Origin: Eledone cirrhosa
Taxonomy: Eukaryota
DNA length: 64,000 bases
Direction: 5' to 3'
Assembly (NCBI GenBank): GCA_964016885.1
Contig: OZ024764.1
Coordinates: 21,638,001-21,702,000, forward strand
Shown: piece after piece, positions 61,856 to 64,000 of the stretch
How the letters are laid out: each line of letters starts with the position of its first letter
Numbering within the stretch: position 1 is the stretch's first letter
Made by a program: the position numbers and the translations under genes
Notes under the pieces: model-generated
The model's database searches: none
What the model saw: only the letters and a program-made list of their open reading frames with translations
What the model was told of the DNA's origin: nothing

Positions 61856-63905
61856 CAGTGGTACCTTGACTTACAAGTGTCCCAACTAATGAGTTTTTCG
61901 AGATACGAGCCCTCTCTCGGCTGATTTTTTGCGTTGAGTTCCAGAGTAAAATTCGGGTTACGAGTCAGCTTCAGATGCCCCGCCACTAGTTGGCATAGTG
62001 ACCGCCACAGGCAATACCGTAACACCCGCCCGGCATCCCATGGCTTCGAAGAAAGTGAGGGCGAAGGACAGTTCTGAGAAGAAGGAGCAGAAGATGTGTA
62101 TTGAATTAAAGAAAGAAATTATAGAAAAACATGACCAAGGTGTGTGTAGTGGACTTGGTGAAGCAGTACGAGCGTAGCACTTCTACGATATGTACCATAC
62201 TGAAGTAGAAGGACTTGATAAAGGCTATAACCCCAGCTAAGGGTGGTAAAATAATTTCTAAACAGCGGACATCTATCCATGAAAATATGGAAAAGCTGCT
62301 GATGGTGTGGTTGACGGAGAAGCAGCTCGCAAGAGATACTGTGATGAAGATTATAATATGTGAGAAGGCACGAGCTATTTATGCTGATTTGCTGCAGCAG
62401 ACCCCAGGTACTTCTACGGACGAGCCATCGGCAAGCCCTTTAATGCCAGTCGGGGTTGGTTTGAGAATTTTAAAAAGAGGACCGGCATTCACTCCGTTGT
62501 CAGGCATGGTGAGGCAGCGAGCGCGGATATGAAGGCAGCTGAGGATTACCTCAAAACCTTTGCCTGAATTATAGCAGCCGAAGGATACATCCCTCAGCAA
62601 GTCTTTAGCTGTGATGAAACAGGACTTTTTTGGAAGAAGATGCCAAGGAGGACTTATATAATGGCAGAGGAGAAGAGGATGCCTGGCCACAAACCCATGA
62701 AGGATAGCCTAACCCCTGCACTGAGAGGCGAGTGTAAGATTAAGCCGCTGCTCGTTTATCATTCGGAAAACTTTAAGTCACATAAGATTCTGAAAGAAAA
62801 ACTGCAGGTTATGTGGAGGGCAAACCCGAGGTCATGGGTCACCAGGTAGTTTTTTGTGGAGTGGGTGAATTTGGTCTTTGGTCCTGACGTTAAAAAATAT
62901 CTCCAGGAAAATAACCTACCCCTGTAAACCCTTCTTATCCTACATAATGCACCTGCTCATCCACCCAACCTCGAAGAGGTCAAGTTTATAAAGGTTCTCT
63001 ACCTTCCACCAAACACCACCCCTATCCTACAGACCAAGGACCAGCAGGTACTTTCTAATTTCAAGAAGCTCTTCACCAAGCACCTGTTCAGTCGCTGCTT
63101 TGAAGTGACGGAGAGCACAAACTTCACCCTTGAGAGGTCTGGAAGGACCATTATAACATCGTGATATGCCTCAGAATTATCGATATGACCTGGCAGGGTC
63201 TTACAAAGAGGACCTTGACCTCTACATGGAAGAAGCTGTGGCCTGAAGTTGTGTCTAAAACAGACTTTGAAAGACTGGAACCCGAAGCGGCAGTGGTGGA
63301 GGAGATTGTAACCCTCGGTAACTCCATGGGCCTGGACATGGATGAAGGTGACATCAACGAGCTCATCGAGGAGCACCCCGAGGAACTGACAACGAAGGAA
63401 TTAAAGGAGCTACAGACACAGCAACACACGGAGTTTTTGCAGGAAATAGGTGACACAGAGGAGGTTATCTCAACAAGTGAGATGAAACAAACCCCATTAG
63501 ACAGGTTCTTATCGAAAATCCCTGCAGATAAAAATGAGGAAAGCGTGACGAAAAGGGCAAAAATCAGCGAATAAGATTCAGTTATTCAGTTCATCCTTTC
63601 TCCTCCGTCAACATCCTCAAGTCGTCTGATCTCCAAGATAGATGCTGTACATTATACTTAATAAAACCAGTTTATTGTAGTACATTCTATTGTATTGTTT
63701 TTTATATACAATATTTGTTATTTATAAGTACATTTTTCTTATTTAAAAACGCGTAACAAAACAAACTGCGGTTTTGGGGGATCTGGAACGGATTAATGGC
63801 ATTTTATTTTATTTCAGTGGGGAAAATTGATTTGACATACGAGTAATTTAAGTTACGAGGTCCTCCACGGAACAAATTAAACTCGTAAGTCAAGGTACCA
63901 CACTG
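61856..63905 (+). mobile_element. Tigger/pogo DNA transposon, third copy
   Basis: TIRs cagtggtaccttgacttacaagt / actcgtaagtcaaggtacca..ctg|TA. Same flanks as 39407. Confidence 0.92.
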
Positions 63906-64000
63906 TATATATATATATGAAGGAACGATCGACTTTCGTCAAATCGGACCGAGGAAGCAATGTTTCCATTGGTCTTTCCAAATGCTAGTACTAACGGTCG

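Noticed and set aside
39407-63905. Tigger copies as independent insertions or as ends of a composite ZNF-carrying transposon
   Set aside because: The copies share the same flanks and lesions, so they were copied passively by segmental duplication.

Overview
Eukaryotic, AT-rich, repeat-dense DNA. It is most likely a cephalopod (Octopus-like) C2H2 zinc-finger cluster, inferred from the [17 protein letters not shown] fingers and the RTE/SINE families. The window holds about four rearranged copies of one segmental unit: Tigger, SINE, old CRE remnants, promoter/exon 1, CRE retrotransposon, RTE remnants, piggyBac MITE, 39-bp satellite, splice acceptor, ZNF exon, 82-bp minisatellite, relic ZNF exon, Helitron, 48-bp minisatellite. 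There are four ZNF coding copies of two subtypes (A: 13908(-) and 33544; B: 17339 and 57352), and each copy has lost or inverted a different gene part. Highlights: (1) a ZNF coding segment inverted behind its own acceptor, a candidate antisense/hairpin RNA source; (2) a ZNF with 8 near-identical fingers; (3) an intronic satellite at about 8 vs about 200 copies in paralogs; (4) a PHD finger, missed by the ORF track, in a CRE-type retrotransposon; (5) flanking minisatellites traceable to retrotransposon sequence. Coordinates of degraded elements are approximate. No prokaryotic features were seen.
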